Source: Nitrospirales bacterium
GTDB taxonomy: Bacteria; Nitrospirota; Nitrospiria; Nitrospirales; UBA8639
NCBI GenBank assembly: GCA_965203295.1
Contig: CBDBCZ010000016.1
Coordinates: 1,248,001 to 1,312,000 of the forward strand
Length of the DNA: 64,000 bases
Direction of reading: 5' to 3'
The notes under the pieces are model-generated. The model did no database searches and was not told the DNA's origin. It saw nothing but the letters and a program-made list of their open reading frames with translations. The translations under genes and the position numbers were made by a program. Below, one piece after another: positions 12,817-22,690 of this stretch; within the stretch, counting starts at the first letter, position 1; every line of letters starts with the position of its first letter.

Positions 12817-13612
12817 CTAGTGTCACTGAAGAACTACCACTCTGCCCCTCACCTGGTACAGCTGCTGCTCAGGGTGGTATATCTTTGAGTGCTGGCTGTA
12901 GATAGATAGATGTGATTGGTATATGTATAGAGTCATAGTCTTGTGTGCCAGTATCTTGGGAAGACTGGCACTTGAAGTCCTGGGGTAATTAGTGGGGGAC
13001 CAGGGAGTGGTATTTGACTGACCTCTTTCCCAGGCTTCCCCCACGTGCATTCGCGAACTGTTCATCTTCACGAATGCAGGTTGGGGAGTGGGGGGAACCT
13101 GGGAACGAGGTTAGTTACAACAATAATGTCTGTTTGCATGCCTAATCCAAGCCACACTTAGTACAGGTGTTAACCTAGCCCCGCACCTGGGTACGAGGCT
13201 AATGTTGGCCCTCTGGGTGTAGTACCCACTTTCATACGTCTTGTATGTAGTCAGCAAATGTTTACACAACCCTATCGTGGTATGCATAGCTAGTTAGGGC
13301 CTTTATTCCACCTACAATATGCGGGTTTGAATCCAGCGCATGTCCAAATTCGTTTACACACTGAAGTTATTATTTGATTAGGGTGAATGACACATACACT
13401 CACTCAGGCTCGCCCCACAATGCCTTGCTTTTGACTAGTACATATTTAGTGATTAATGGTCTCATCAGTAAGGCCCAAATTTTTTTTAACGTATGCACTC
13501 ACCTTTGTAATCTGCTCCACTCTCTTCAACAGACAATTGCAGTTCGTCGCATCGCTGCAGCAGGAATACAAATGTGTTGCACAGATCCAAAATCTCGCAC
13601 AAGCACTGAGAC
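12817..13612 (-). pseudogene. TUBGCP4: Decayed remnants of the last two TUBGCP4 exons; copies at ~25698-27071 and ~36573-37385
   Basis: 13503-13612 aligns with indels to the exon at 44152-44271. 12817-12980 contains pieces of the terminal exon at 42500-42633, partly inverted. Confidence 0.7.
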
Positions 13613-13852
13613 CTGGATGAGAAGGCAAAAAAAAATCTGATAGCTAGCTAAAGTGCAGCTGATGCTTACACCATTTAAATTTTGTAGGGATTGTAATCCG
13701 TAAAAGTTCTGTGGTGTAGCTAATTCATATCTTGTTTGGTAATATTTTTTTTGTGATTCCATCCCTACGTGCTTTTTCATTATATTAGCAATATTGTCAG
13801 TGAGTTGTTAGCCTCAGAACTTCGGCACGTATGCATATGTCTACGATGATTT

Positions 13853-14030
13853 GAAGGGCTGAGAACCAGAATGGTCTAACCCCTTCCCAAACTTGAGAAC
13901 ACTCTTAAAATGTGTTTCAGGAGCTGGTCAAGATGAAATTTTTGGTGATAGGATATCCACATTTTCCTTCATTTTTGTGCAATTTTCAGTACTTGATTTT
14001 AGGTTACACCACTATGGTTCTCAGCCCTTC
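13853..14030. mobile_element. 178-bp MITE with 4-bp TSD (ATTT), possibly Sola-type; copies at 27310-27487 and 37619-37796
   Basis: attt|gaagggctgagaacca...tggttctcagcccttc|attt. The perfect TIR is 16 bp and extends imperfectly to ~30 bp. Confidence 0.75.
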
Positions 14031-15250
14031 ATTTGTTCTTAGAATGTTCAGCTGTGAAGGAAACTCATGAATAATTCATATCAGTACCCTACATACAACT
14101 CATATACTCAATAATGAACTCCCACAACCTCATGCATACTACTGCATGCATGTGACGTACAGTACATGTATAGCGAGAATATTTGGCGAACATTAAATTT
14201 GGCGAAAAACGTCGCGAATTTTAAATTTGGCGACGACGTAGCCTTCTAACAAGCTTATCTTACAATCCAGCAGCTTGGAGACGGACGTAGAAGCCTTTCG
14301 CGCTTCACTGATTCTCAACGGCATATTTCCTAATCCGTCTCCCGTGCGTATGCGGCGGCGTTAAGGGATTGGTTCTGTTTGTCCACTCAAAAATCGGGCT
14401 ATCTCGCAATTTACAGGGTTAAGCGATTGTCAAACCCGACAGTAACATTAAAATCTAAAAAAAGTCGATTTATGTGTACCTGATAGCGACCAAAGCGATT
14501 TCTATTCTCCGTATTTCCAGCTCTCTCTTGTTCAACACGGTAAAATCCGTCATTTTAATCATAGATAATTATCTATGTTTTAATACGGTCAAGAACTGGA
14601 ATACGACAGAGGGCGGGCATATGCGGTTTCAGGACACGGGGTTCATACCGGAGTATACCATAGATAATATAGCCATACCTTAGGCTATTATCTATGAGTA
14701 TACGTAGAGAGGCGTCCGTGTCATTTATACGGCAATCGGTCACGCCCATAGCTTGAATGCGGCACGAGCACGCGGTAAACGAGCCTTGCAAGCATAGATA
14801 CTATACTAACTATAGTTCAAGCTAGTCCACGAGGCCAGGCAAGTCTACAGTCCAAGGGTCCCATTTGTAAAAAAAAAATGTAGCGCGGGTATGTCTCTGC
14901 TAGAGACTTCTAGTTACGACGTGTATCTTACTTGCTTCAAGGTCACACACTCACACGCTTCGGGTTTAAGTCTCGAGATAGAATGCGCTTTACAACCTTG
15001 TTTGCCTCAAGTTCGATGGAGAGGGGAATCGCCATACGATCGCGCGTGGGTGATTACCGTATCCGCTCTTATTAACGCGCCACTCTAATTAATGCGCCAA
15101 TCGTCGTATTACAATTTTTTTCTCTCTAATATAGCGCCAATAAGTTTTCTGGATTATTATTCAGGTGGCGCGTTGTAAAAGGAGAGAGTTTTGCGCGTGT
15201 ACATCTTAGCATCTATTCAATCCAGTCTTGAAAGCTTCTTGAAAGTCGTC

Positions 15251-16840
15251 ATGTCTCGCATTGAAGACTACTTTCCCAAGTGCACCGATACAATTCATCA
15301 TGAGTGTACTGTTAAACGCTCACCTCCGACATCTAGCGCATCTGCTAAGAAGAGGCCAAAATTTGTGGGAAAGGGCAAAAGACCTGTAGGAAGGCCTCGG
15401 AAGAAGCAGCCTGAAATTATTGATCTTACAAGTGAAGCCAGCCTCCCACCAGCCAAAAAGCCACGTAAAGGAGACAAAACTAACAGCTCGGAGGATGAAG
15501 AAAGCGAGAGCAAGAGCAGCCGATCTGTACTGCACCGCATGTATTCGCCTGCACAAAAAAAAGCCGTGGCTACATATGCACGATTCAATGGGGTCCGCAA
15601 AGCTGCAAGGAAGTACGGAGTACATCACCGCAATGTTCAAAGATGGCTGAAGGAAGAAATGCAAGTGATTAAAAATCCCAAAAAGCGTAGAAACCAGCCC
15701 GGTCAAGGTAAAAAGATAACCTATCCGCAGGAAGTGGAAGATCAGTTGCTGAAGTGGATACTTGAAAAGCGCGAGAAATCGTATTTACCGGTATCACGAG
15801 GAATGATTAGGCTAAAAGCTCGAACCCTCATACAACAGCACAACCCACAATTTACAGCTTCTGAGGGTTGGTTGCAAAAGTTTATGCGGAGGCACGAGCT
15901 GGTCCTACGATGTCGAACAACACTTTCCCAGACACTACCCTGTGATTTAGAAACAAAGATTACAGCATTTCATGACAGAGTTCGTCATGTGCGAGAAAAT
16001 TCCGATTTCCCTTTTGAGCTCATAGCTAATATGGATGAAACGCCTGTCTATCTTGATATGATTCCATCCAGAACCGTCAACAAGAAAGGGAAAAGAAGCA
16101 TATTGGTACGTTCAACAAATTCAGAGAAGAGGCGTATAACTGCCGTTATGTGCTGCAATACTGCGGGCAAGTTTCTACCTACTCTCGCTATTTTCAAAGG
16201 AAAAACACTAAGAGCATTAAAAGGTATCACACCTCCGCATGGCATTCATGTGCGTGCCCAAAAAAATGCTTGGATTGACAAAGATTTAATGCTATACTGG
16301 ATTCAAAACATTTGGAAGGCTTTTACAAAAGGACGCCCATCTCTTCTAATTCTCGATCGTTGCAAAGCCCATCTGGAAGATAAAGTCAAAGATGCTTTTC
16401 AGAAGTGTAACACCACAACAATACTTATACCTGGAGGATGCACATCAGTAGTGCAACCGCTTGATGTCAGCTTAAATAAGCCCATCAAAGATCACCTTCG
16501 TAGCCAGTGGACTGGCTATATGATCAAAAAGAGCGAGGAGTCAGAGCAACAGGAAACACCACTTGAAAAAATTCCTCCACCATCAAAACAGTTGATCTGT
16601 GAATGGTTAGAAGTTGCTGTCAGCAAACTCTCTAGCAATCCAGTAGTTGTCAAAAAATCTTTTCAAGTAACTGGGATATCAAATGCACTCGGAGCATTCG
16701 AGGATGAACTGATTCGAAATGATGCTCTCCATCAGGAAATTAATGAAATCCTTTCAGAAGTGTTTGGGGATGATATCATAGGATACAGTAGTGATGCGGA
16801 GAGTGAAGGTGATCCGTTCGCCAGCACCGATTCAGACTAG
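15251..16840 (+). CDS. pogo-like transposase (AT-hook, Brinker-like HTH, CENP-B/Tc5 HTH, DDE_1), 529 aa from the first ATG
   Basis: Motifs RPVGRPRKK, FTASEGWLQKFMRRH, ANMDETP, LLILD and QPLDV. There are 35 residues between the 2nd and 3rd catalytic Asp, and the frame is uninterrupted. Confidence 0.95.
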   Translation: MSRIEDYFPKCTDTIHHECTVKRSPPTSSASAKKRPKFVGKGKRPVGRPRKKQPEIIDLTSEASLPPAKKPRKGDKTNSSEDEESESKSSRSVLHRMYSPAQKKAVATYARFNGVRKAARKYGVHHRNVQRWLKEEMQVIKNPKKRRNQPGQGKKITYPQEVEDQLLKWILEKREKSYLPVSRGMIRLKARTLIQQHNPQFTASEGWLQKFMRRHELVLRCRTTLSQTLPCDLETKITAFHDRVRHVRENSDFPFELIANMDETPVYLDMIPSRTVNKKGKRSILVRSTNSEKRRITAVMCCNTAGKFLPTLAIFKGKTLRALKGITPPHGIHVRAQKNAWIDKDLMLYWIQNIWKAFTKGRPSLLILDRCKAHLEDKVKDAFQKCNTTTILIPGGCTSVVQPLDVSLNKPIKDHLRSQWTGYMIKKSEESEQQETPLEKIPPPSKQLICEWLEVAVSKLSSNPVVVKKSFQVTGISNALGAFEDELIRNDALHQEINEILSEVFGDDIIGYSSDAESEGDPFASTDSD

Positions 16841-16958
16841 TTCAGTAGTTAAGACTTATACAGACTTGTATTCGTTATTGTACCGGTATTTATACTCCAC
16901 GTGTTTCATTCTGCAGTATTCCGTTTATGTTTGTGCATTCACGTGACCGTCGGTTAAA

Positions 16959-17348
16959 ATGGCCGCTCATGATGATGCTTGGTTTTCTACTCGTGTCAAT
17001 GGAGCTGTTCGAGGCTACCATGTGTATGGTGATATTTGGAACCCTTATGTTGGTGAACAGCTAACAACCGAGCGGGAGAGCGATAATACTGAGGATAAGT
17101 ATGCTGTTGCCGTGCGAAAAGATGGTACCGATACTGTTGGTCACGTGCCCCGCGAGATTTCCAAACTTTGCTCTTTTTTCATCCAGAGAAGTGGAATCAT
17201 TACTTGTGAAGTAACGGGAGACCGACGGAGGTCTCCGTTGTTTGAAGGCGGACTGGAAATACCATACATTTATACTTTTAAGGGGAAAAAGAAAATAATT
17301 GATAAACTGAAAGTATTTCTTACAGAATGTAACTACCGTCCACTCTAA
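16959..17348 (+). CDS. HIRAN-domain protein carried inside the pogo element
   Basis: 129-aa ATG-initiated ORF with VRGYHVY..W.P.VGEQL..ERESDN.EDKYAVAV...VGHVPREIS, matching the HIRAN pattern RE..N..D..A+.V...+G++P. Confidence 0.85.
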   Translation: MAAHDDAWFSTRVNGAVRGYHVYGDIWNPYVGEQLTTERESDNTEDKYAVAVRKDGTDTVGHVPREISKLCSFFIQRSGIITCEVTGDRRRSPLFEGGLEIPYIYTFKGKKKIIDKLKVFLTECNYRPL

Positions 17349-17756
17349 ACGGAACTATTGTCTGCTGTACAAGTACACGTGTATGCAAGACAAAGTTTAT
17401 TAACTGTCTACTGTCCGATCACGTAACGTAGGAGTTCAAGGTCCTGCGGAATGAAAAGAATAGGATGATCAGTCTACGTAATGGCAACGCGCCACTCTAA
17501 GATGGCGCCACTTATTGAACTTCGAGTATTTTTCTCTCTAAAAGAGCGCCACAGTTGATAATTAATTTTTTTTTAGTGGCGCGTTAATAAGAGCGGATAC
17601 GGTACATCACGCTTTATTATTGGCGAGGAATTTAATTTGGCCAATTAAAGTCCTCGCCGCTATACGGCATTCTATGATTGTGCACAAACTGTAGCAAAAG
17701 TTATCAGGCTGATTGATCAAACCTGGCACTACTGCTCCTCAGTATTTGCAGTCATA

Positions 17757-19601
17757 ATGGACTTTGTTGTTGTAGTAGCAATTCTACACCTTCTAAGTAG
17801 TTTGGTAGTCGTGGAGTGTGATACTACCCAGTGTACCAGCAAGGAGAGCTGCAACTTTGGAATTACAACCAATCAAGTGCCCAGTGAAGTGGACAGTAAC
17901 ACCAGTTGCGAGAACACCTGGTTCTTTCCAGCCCCCGATGATGACCATACCTGTGAGTGTGGTAGTACTGTAGGGAGTAAAGTGAGATGCGACAATGCCA
18001 CCAAGGAAGTGGATATTCTTGACTGCTACTGCATGACATACAGCGAGGACGACCACTCAACAGTGCTTGGACAGTGTGTGTATGGTTGTAGTCATAAATC
18101 AAGTTACCACTCTCTCCCGTCCAACATTTCTCAGCTGAATGAAGAGGTTTGTGGATGGCTTAATCGTGATGGTCAATTGTGTGGTAGATGCAAAGATGGT
18201 TTTGCACCAGCAGTATATTCCTACAGCTTAAGTTGTGTAGAGTGCAAGGATTATCACTATAATTGGGTAAAGTACGCAGTGGTTTCATTATTACCCCTGA
18301 CTGTGTTCTTTTTTGTTATCACATTTACTAGAATTAAACTACTTTCGGGTGCATGGTCTGGTTACATTTTGATCAGTCAAGTACTGTCAACACCTCTTCT
18401 CATGCGTGTATTTCAGCTACATCACAACACATTCCACTTCACTCTAGGTATTCTTAGTGTACCTTATGGTGTCTCAAATCTCGATTTTTTTCGTCTTCTA
18501 TACCCACCATTTTGCATACATCCTCACATGTCCACCATCCAGGCTTTAGCATTGGACTACATTACAGCTGCTTATCCCCTGGCCCTAATTGTAATCACTT
18601 ATTTTCTGGTTGTACTGTACGACAACAATGTAAGGGTAATTGTGTGGCTATGGAAGCCCTTTCATTACTGCTCTGTTCGTTTTAGAAGGAACTGGAATAT
18701 CAAAAGTTCGTTAGTTGATTCTTTTGCTACCTTCATTATTTTATCTTACATGAAATTTTTGGACGTATCTATCAATCTTTTGATTCCAGTTCGTCTTTTT
18801 AATATTCATGGGAAGTCAGTTGGGATATATCTTTTTTATGATGCCACAGTTAAGTATTTCAGCAAAGAGCACCTTCCATATGCATTCCTGGCCCTTGGAG
18901 TATTCTTGACTTTCAATGTTTTCCCAGTCTTACTGTTGAGCTTGTATCCCTGTCAATGTTTTCAGAAATGCATAAACCGCTGCAGGCTTAGTAACTGTCA
19001 GGCACTGCATATATTTATGGACGCCTTTCAAGGTTGCTACAAGAATGGAACAAATGGTACAAAAGATTGTAGGTGGTATGCAGCAGTGTACTTGTGGATT
19101 CGAATTGCATTTTTCATTGTGAGTGCAGTAGCTCTTTCAGATTTACGGTTACCTTTTGTTACATTTGTTCACCTCATTATGCTGATTCTAGTTACTGTAT
19201 TCCATCCCTACAAGTCTGCTACTTTCAACACTGTTGAAACAATTTTATTTTTTGTAATGGCTTTCATACTTGTATCAGCCATGGCACATGTTATATCGCA
19301 CTATATAGTCCATCACTTCCAGAAAATGCTGGATGTAATTGGTAGCATTTTCGCGATTGTTCCATTCATATATGTACTGGCAGTTCTGCTGTACAGGCTG
19401 CTATTCCATAGCCACCGTGTGCAAACAGTCTACCGAAAGTTCAAGACTTGGCTATTGTACTACTGCAAAGATTCAATTACTCACGCAGACTCACAGGAGT
19501 CACTGCCAGACAGAATAGCTTATGACCATCCAGAAGAGAACACAGCCCTACTACCTGTGCCGATGCAATCGGATAGCGATTCTGAGGCTACTTATTATTA
19601 A
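17757..19601 (+). CDS. Cys-rich ectodomain multi-TM protein, copy 4 (A type, intact, 614 aa)
   Basis: Single open frame with a hydrophobic signal peptide, a Cys-rich region (CYCMT, NRDGQLCGRC..G, CVEC), many hydrophobic segments and the tail SLPDRIAYDHPEE...ATYY. Confidence 0.9.
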   Translation: MDFVVVVAILHLLSSLVVVECDTTQCTSKESCNFGITTNQVPSEVDSNTSCENTWFFPAPDDDHTCECGSTVGSKVRCDNATKEVDILDCYCMTYSEDDHSTVLGQCVYGCSHKSSYHSLPSNISQLNEEVCGWLNRDGQLCGRCKDGFAPAVYSYSLSCVECKDYHYNWVKYAVVSLLPLTVFFFVITFTRIKLLSGAWSGYILISQVLSTPLLMRVFQLHHNTFHFTLGILSVPYGVSNLDFFRLLYPPFCIHPHMSTIQALALDYITAAYPLALIVITYFLVVLYDNNVRVIVWLWKPFHYCSVRFRRNWNIKSSLVDSFATFIILSYMKFLDVSINLLIPVRLFNIHGKSVGIYLFYDATVKYFSKEHLPYAFLALGVFLTFNVFPVLLLSLYPCQCFQKCINRCRLSNCQALHIFMDAFQGCYKNGTNGTKDCRWYAAVYLWIRIAFFIVSAVALSDLRLPFVTFVHLIMLILVTVFHPYKSATFNTVETILFFVMAFILVSAMAHVISHYIVHHFQKMLDVIGSIFAIVPFIYVLAVLLYRLLFHSHRVQTVYRKFKTWLLYYCKDSITHADSQESLPDRIAYDHPEENTALLPVPMQSDSDSEATYY

Positions 19602-20988
19602 CTTGGACAGAGGCTGAAAGAACAAGATAACGATATACAAAGGAGTCGTAAACGTGTTGTGATTCTGATATACTTGAATGAATGTTAGTGTATTTACATC
19701 CACATAGTTATAGTTATCTGAATGTATATGCTATTTCCTGTTTCTGTTACCAATGAATGACATTGTAGTAAAGTGTTCAGTGTGTCTGAGAACAAACTAT
19801 GCATAAACAGCAACCACACTTACTACATTCTTCAATATGCAGCTCATGCAGAACATGATAACAATAATATAAAGGAGCCTTAAACTTGTTGTGATTGTGA
19901 TATAGCTACTTGAATGAATGTTAGTGTATTTACATCCACATAGTATTAATTATCTGACTGTATTGTTTTATCTTGATTGCTAAATGTATATGATATTTTC
20001 TGTTTTTGTTACCATTGAATGACATTGTAGTAATGTGTTCAGTGTATCTGAGAACAAACTATTCATAAACAGCAACTACAAGTGCATTGTAAAATTCCCT
20101 CCGAACCTTAATGCATTCTTCAGTTTGAAGCCCACCACTAGCGGAATTTGCAGAATCTTTGCAACACTGTATAAGGCTCAGAACTCAGCATGATCCTTAT
20201 ATGGAAGGCACTGTTTACTTTGATGCAAGAGTGACTTCTTAATCATTCATTCACCCACCCATTATTTTACTTAGCAGCTCCTGAGCTCAAGCCTACAGTG
20301 TTTCAAAGATTCTGCAAAGTTTTGTACCAATGATCTGTTTCAGCAATCATTACATGTACCTCAGCCTAGTTTGCAAGCATAAATAATCTCATGCAGTGAC
20401 TCTCCATGCATGATACATGTATAATATTTGTAGTACTACAACAAAATTGCTATCTTAAATATTATCGTTTTTGAGTGGAAACTTAAAGGAATAAACTAGC
20501 CTCGTTCCCAGAATCCACTGCCAGAATTTTTTTTGCACATTGGAATATTTCTTGTCTCTGCAGTTCAGGCAATTAATAGCACACAAGCGGGAATGTTTTC
20601 ATATGCATGTTGTAAAGAATCCCAACTAAAATTCATGTAGAGCCATACATGTACATATACTGCTATATGCATAGCCTGTACATGTAGCAGAAATCATTAG
20701 TCTGAGTGTACAAACCTGGCACTACTCCCTTTGAATAACAGAAGGTTTCCTGTTCTGCGTCAGGGGAAACCTCAAAGGAAATACATGACAGAATTTTGAC
20801 GGGAACCACAAGGAAACACGAAGACATAGCATGTTTCTCTAAATGACATTGGAGACATGCAGTGTTTTCATTTCCTTGAGGATCCTATCAAAATTCTGTT
20901 GTGTTTCCTTACAAGTTTCCCTCGATGCAGAGCAGGAAGCTCTTGTTTATCACAGTAACTGCTCCTCAGCAGTAATTTTGCAGGAACA

Positions 20989-21093
20989 ATGGTTTACTTC
21001 GTTGTTGTAGCAGCAATTATTCTGCACCTTCTGGTAGCCGTGGAGTGTGATACTACCCAGTGTACCAGCAAGGAGAGCTGCAACTTTGGAATT
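20989..21093 (+). pseudogene. 5' stub of an array gene
   Basis: Same breakpoint as 8110-8221, with an added internal deletion. Confidence 0.75.
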
Positions 21094-22690
21094 ATGCATT
21101 CCACTGTGTTAGGAGTATTAGTCAGAATAATGCATGAAAATGTGCAAGTGTGAGAGCTCTGTTTGATTGTGGGAATCTTGTGGATTTGTGCAGCTTTACT
21201 CAGTCCCATCTACTTTCAGGAATGTACCAAACTATAACTCACTACATGTATAATGAGTGTATTAAATCAGTCTGCTCACCCAGATCATGTAGTACTTGAC
21301 CTCACACCAAAACAAATCCCAGTATGGGGCAAGTATGTGTGGACATACATGAAAAACACCCTACTGGCTATTACTCTACTCTCTGTATCTCCTAATCCCA
21401 TGGCAGTCCCAAAATTAAAATAATACCATCTCAACATGAAGATCTAGAGAACATTTGGAAAAAAATTAAAACAATTGAAGAATCCGTTTTTCAAGGGGGC
21501 AAAGGTCAAGTATATAAACCATGACCTTTGACCTCAACATAATCAAATTATCACTTGCAATATATCAACTGAAAGGGTATCTACTAAGGTACAAGATGGT
21601 GCAATTTTCATCTTGCACAGACAATCGTAGTAATAGTTATGGTCAATTATGTAGAAGCAGGTAGCCGAAAATTTGACAAACAAATTAGTTTTTGGCTGGC
21701 TGTAACACAGAAGCCGTACAATGTGTGAGGTTAATAATCACTGTGAATTAATAACTTCACATAGGGTACATACCTACCAAGTTTCGTGGAAATCTGAGGG
21801 GGTCGTCATTTTTTTGTGTTGATTTGGCATGGAATTACCCATCTACAAGGTATTGTTTTGACTGTATGTATATATTGTCTTGATGTATGTATCACTGCAA
21901 AATTGAAAGGGTAGTTTTTAAACCTTATCTCAGTTGCAGCTGCATTACCAAACTTGCAGCTTTACTGCAGGAAGCCAATAACAATGGGAATTCGAAAATG
22001 AATGCACTAACTAATTGTTTATGGTATTTTGATAAGAGAAACTGAATCCTTGGAATAACTATAGGAGTGCTGCAGAATCTAATCCCTGTTACTAAATACC
22101 ATAAACAATCAGTAAGTTCTTTCTTCTGTAAGGATCGAGACGAAATCTCAGCACTCCTATTATCATTTCAAGGATTCAGTTGCTCTTACCAAATATCGTA
22201 AAGAATTAGCTTGTGTATTCATTTCGAATACTGGCTTCCTGCGGTAGGAGTTAGGCCTCAATAGTTACTTACTTAACGTTTCATTAATTATCGTTTCTAA
22301 AGTCGTTTCATTAAAAGTCGTTTCTCAACAAACGAAGGAATTTACATCTATAGAGGTACACATAAATGGAATTAAAGACAAAACTACTAAATTTTACCCT
22401 CGATATACTTTCAATTAGCCTCATGTAAATGTTAATCACGCATATAATAAATGCTTAAACTTTGGGCACTCCCTCTAGGACAGTTATGACAATTGTGCAT
22501 GGTTACCTTAATAGAAATAATATATACTTTTATGCAGATAAAATACTTCCAGGTTAATGAAATGTTAAATTTCATAAGGACGTAACTAATGAGGCATAAC
22601 TCCTACCCACATATACTCAGACATCTGCAATTTGGGCAACCAGCTAGTAGGCATAAGTGACTGGTCCTCAGTAATAATTTTGCAGGAACA

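Larger units (their letters stand above)
15057..17602 (+). mobile_element. Autonomous pogo-family (DD35D) DNA transposon, 2546 bp, with two ORFs
   Basis: Perfect 28-bp TIRs ccgtatccgctcttattaacgcgccact at 15057-15084 and 17575-17602. TA is duplicated at 15055-15056 and 17603-17604. The empty site ggtgatTAcatcacgc is seen in the paralogous units near 28487 and 39143. Confidence 0.95.
14160..17667. mobile_element. Non-autonomous TIR element (~0.9 kb, CCGTATAGCG-type ends) hosting the pogo insertion; pogo-free copies at 27617-28551 and 37926-39217
   Basis: In the third copy the ends cagtatagcgagaatatttggcg / cgccaattttttccgctatacgg form an imperfect TIR. The body is CpG-rich and has subterminal ttggcg repeats. 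Confidence 0.65.

Noticed and set aside
11649..15088. Short ORFs repeated in each intergenic unit (e.g. MKMNSS..., MSLLETSS..., MFSVSEYK...)
   Set aside because: They lie in 3' flanks and MITEs, have no recognisable motifs, and several differ by indels between copies.
15191..15250. N-terminal extension of the pogo transposase from the TTG at 15191
   Set aside because: This is a non-ATG start called by the ORF finder. The first ATG is at 15251.
17757..19601. Calling the array proteins GPCRs or a named receptor
   Set aside because: There appear to be more than seven hydrophobic segments and I see no GPS, DRY or NPxxY motifs, so no family can be assigned without a profile search.
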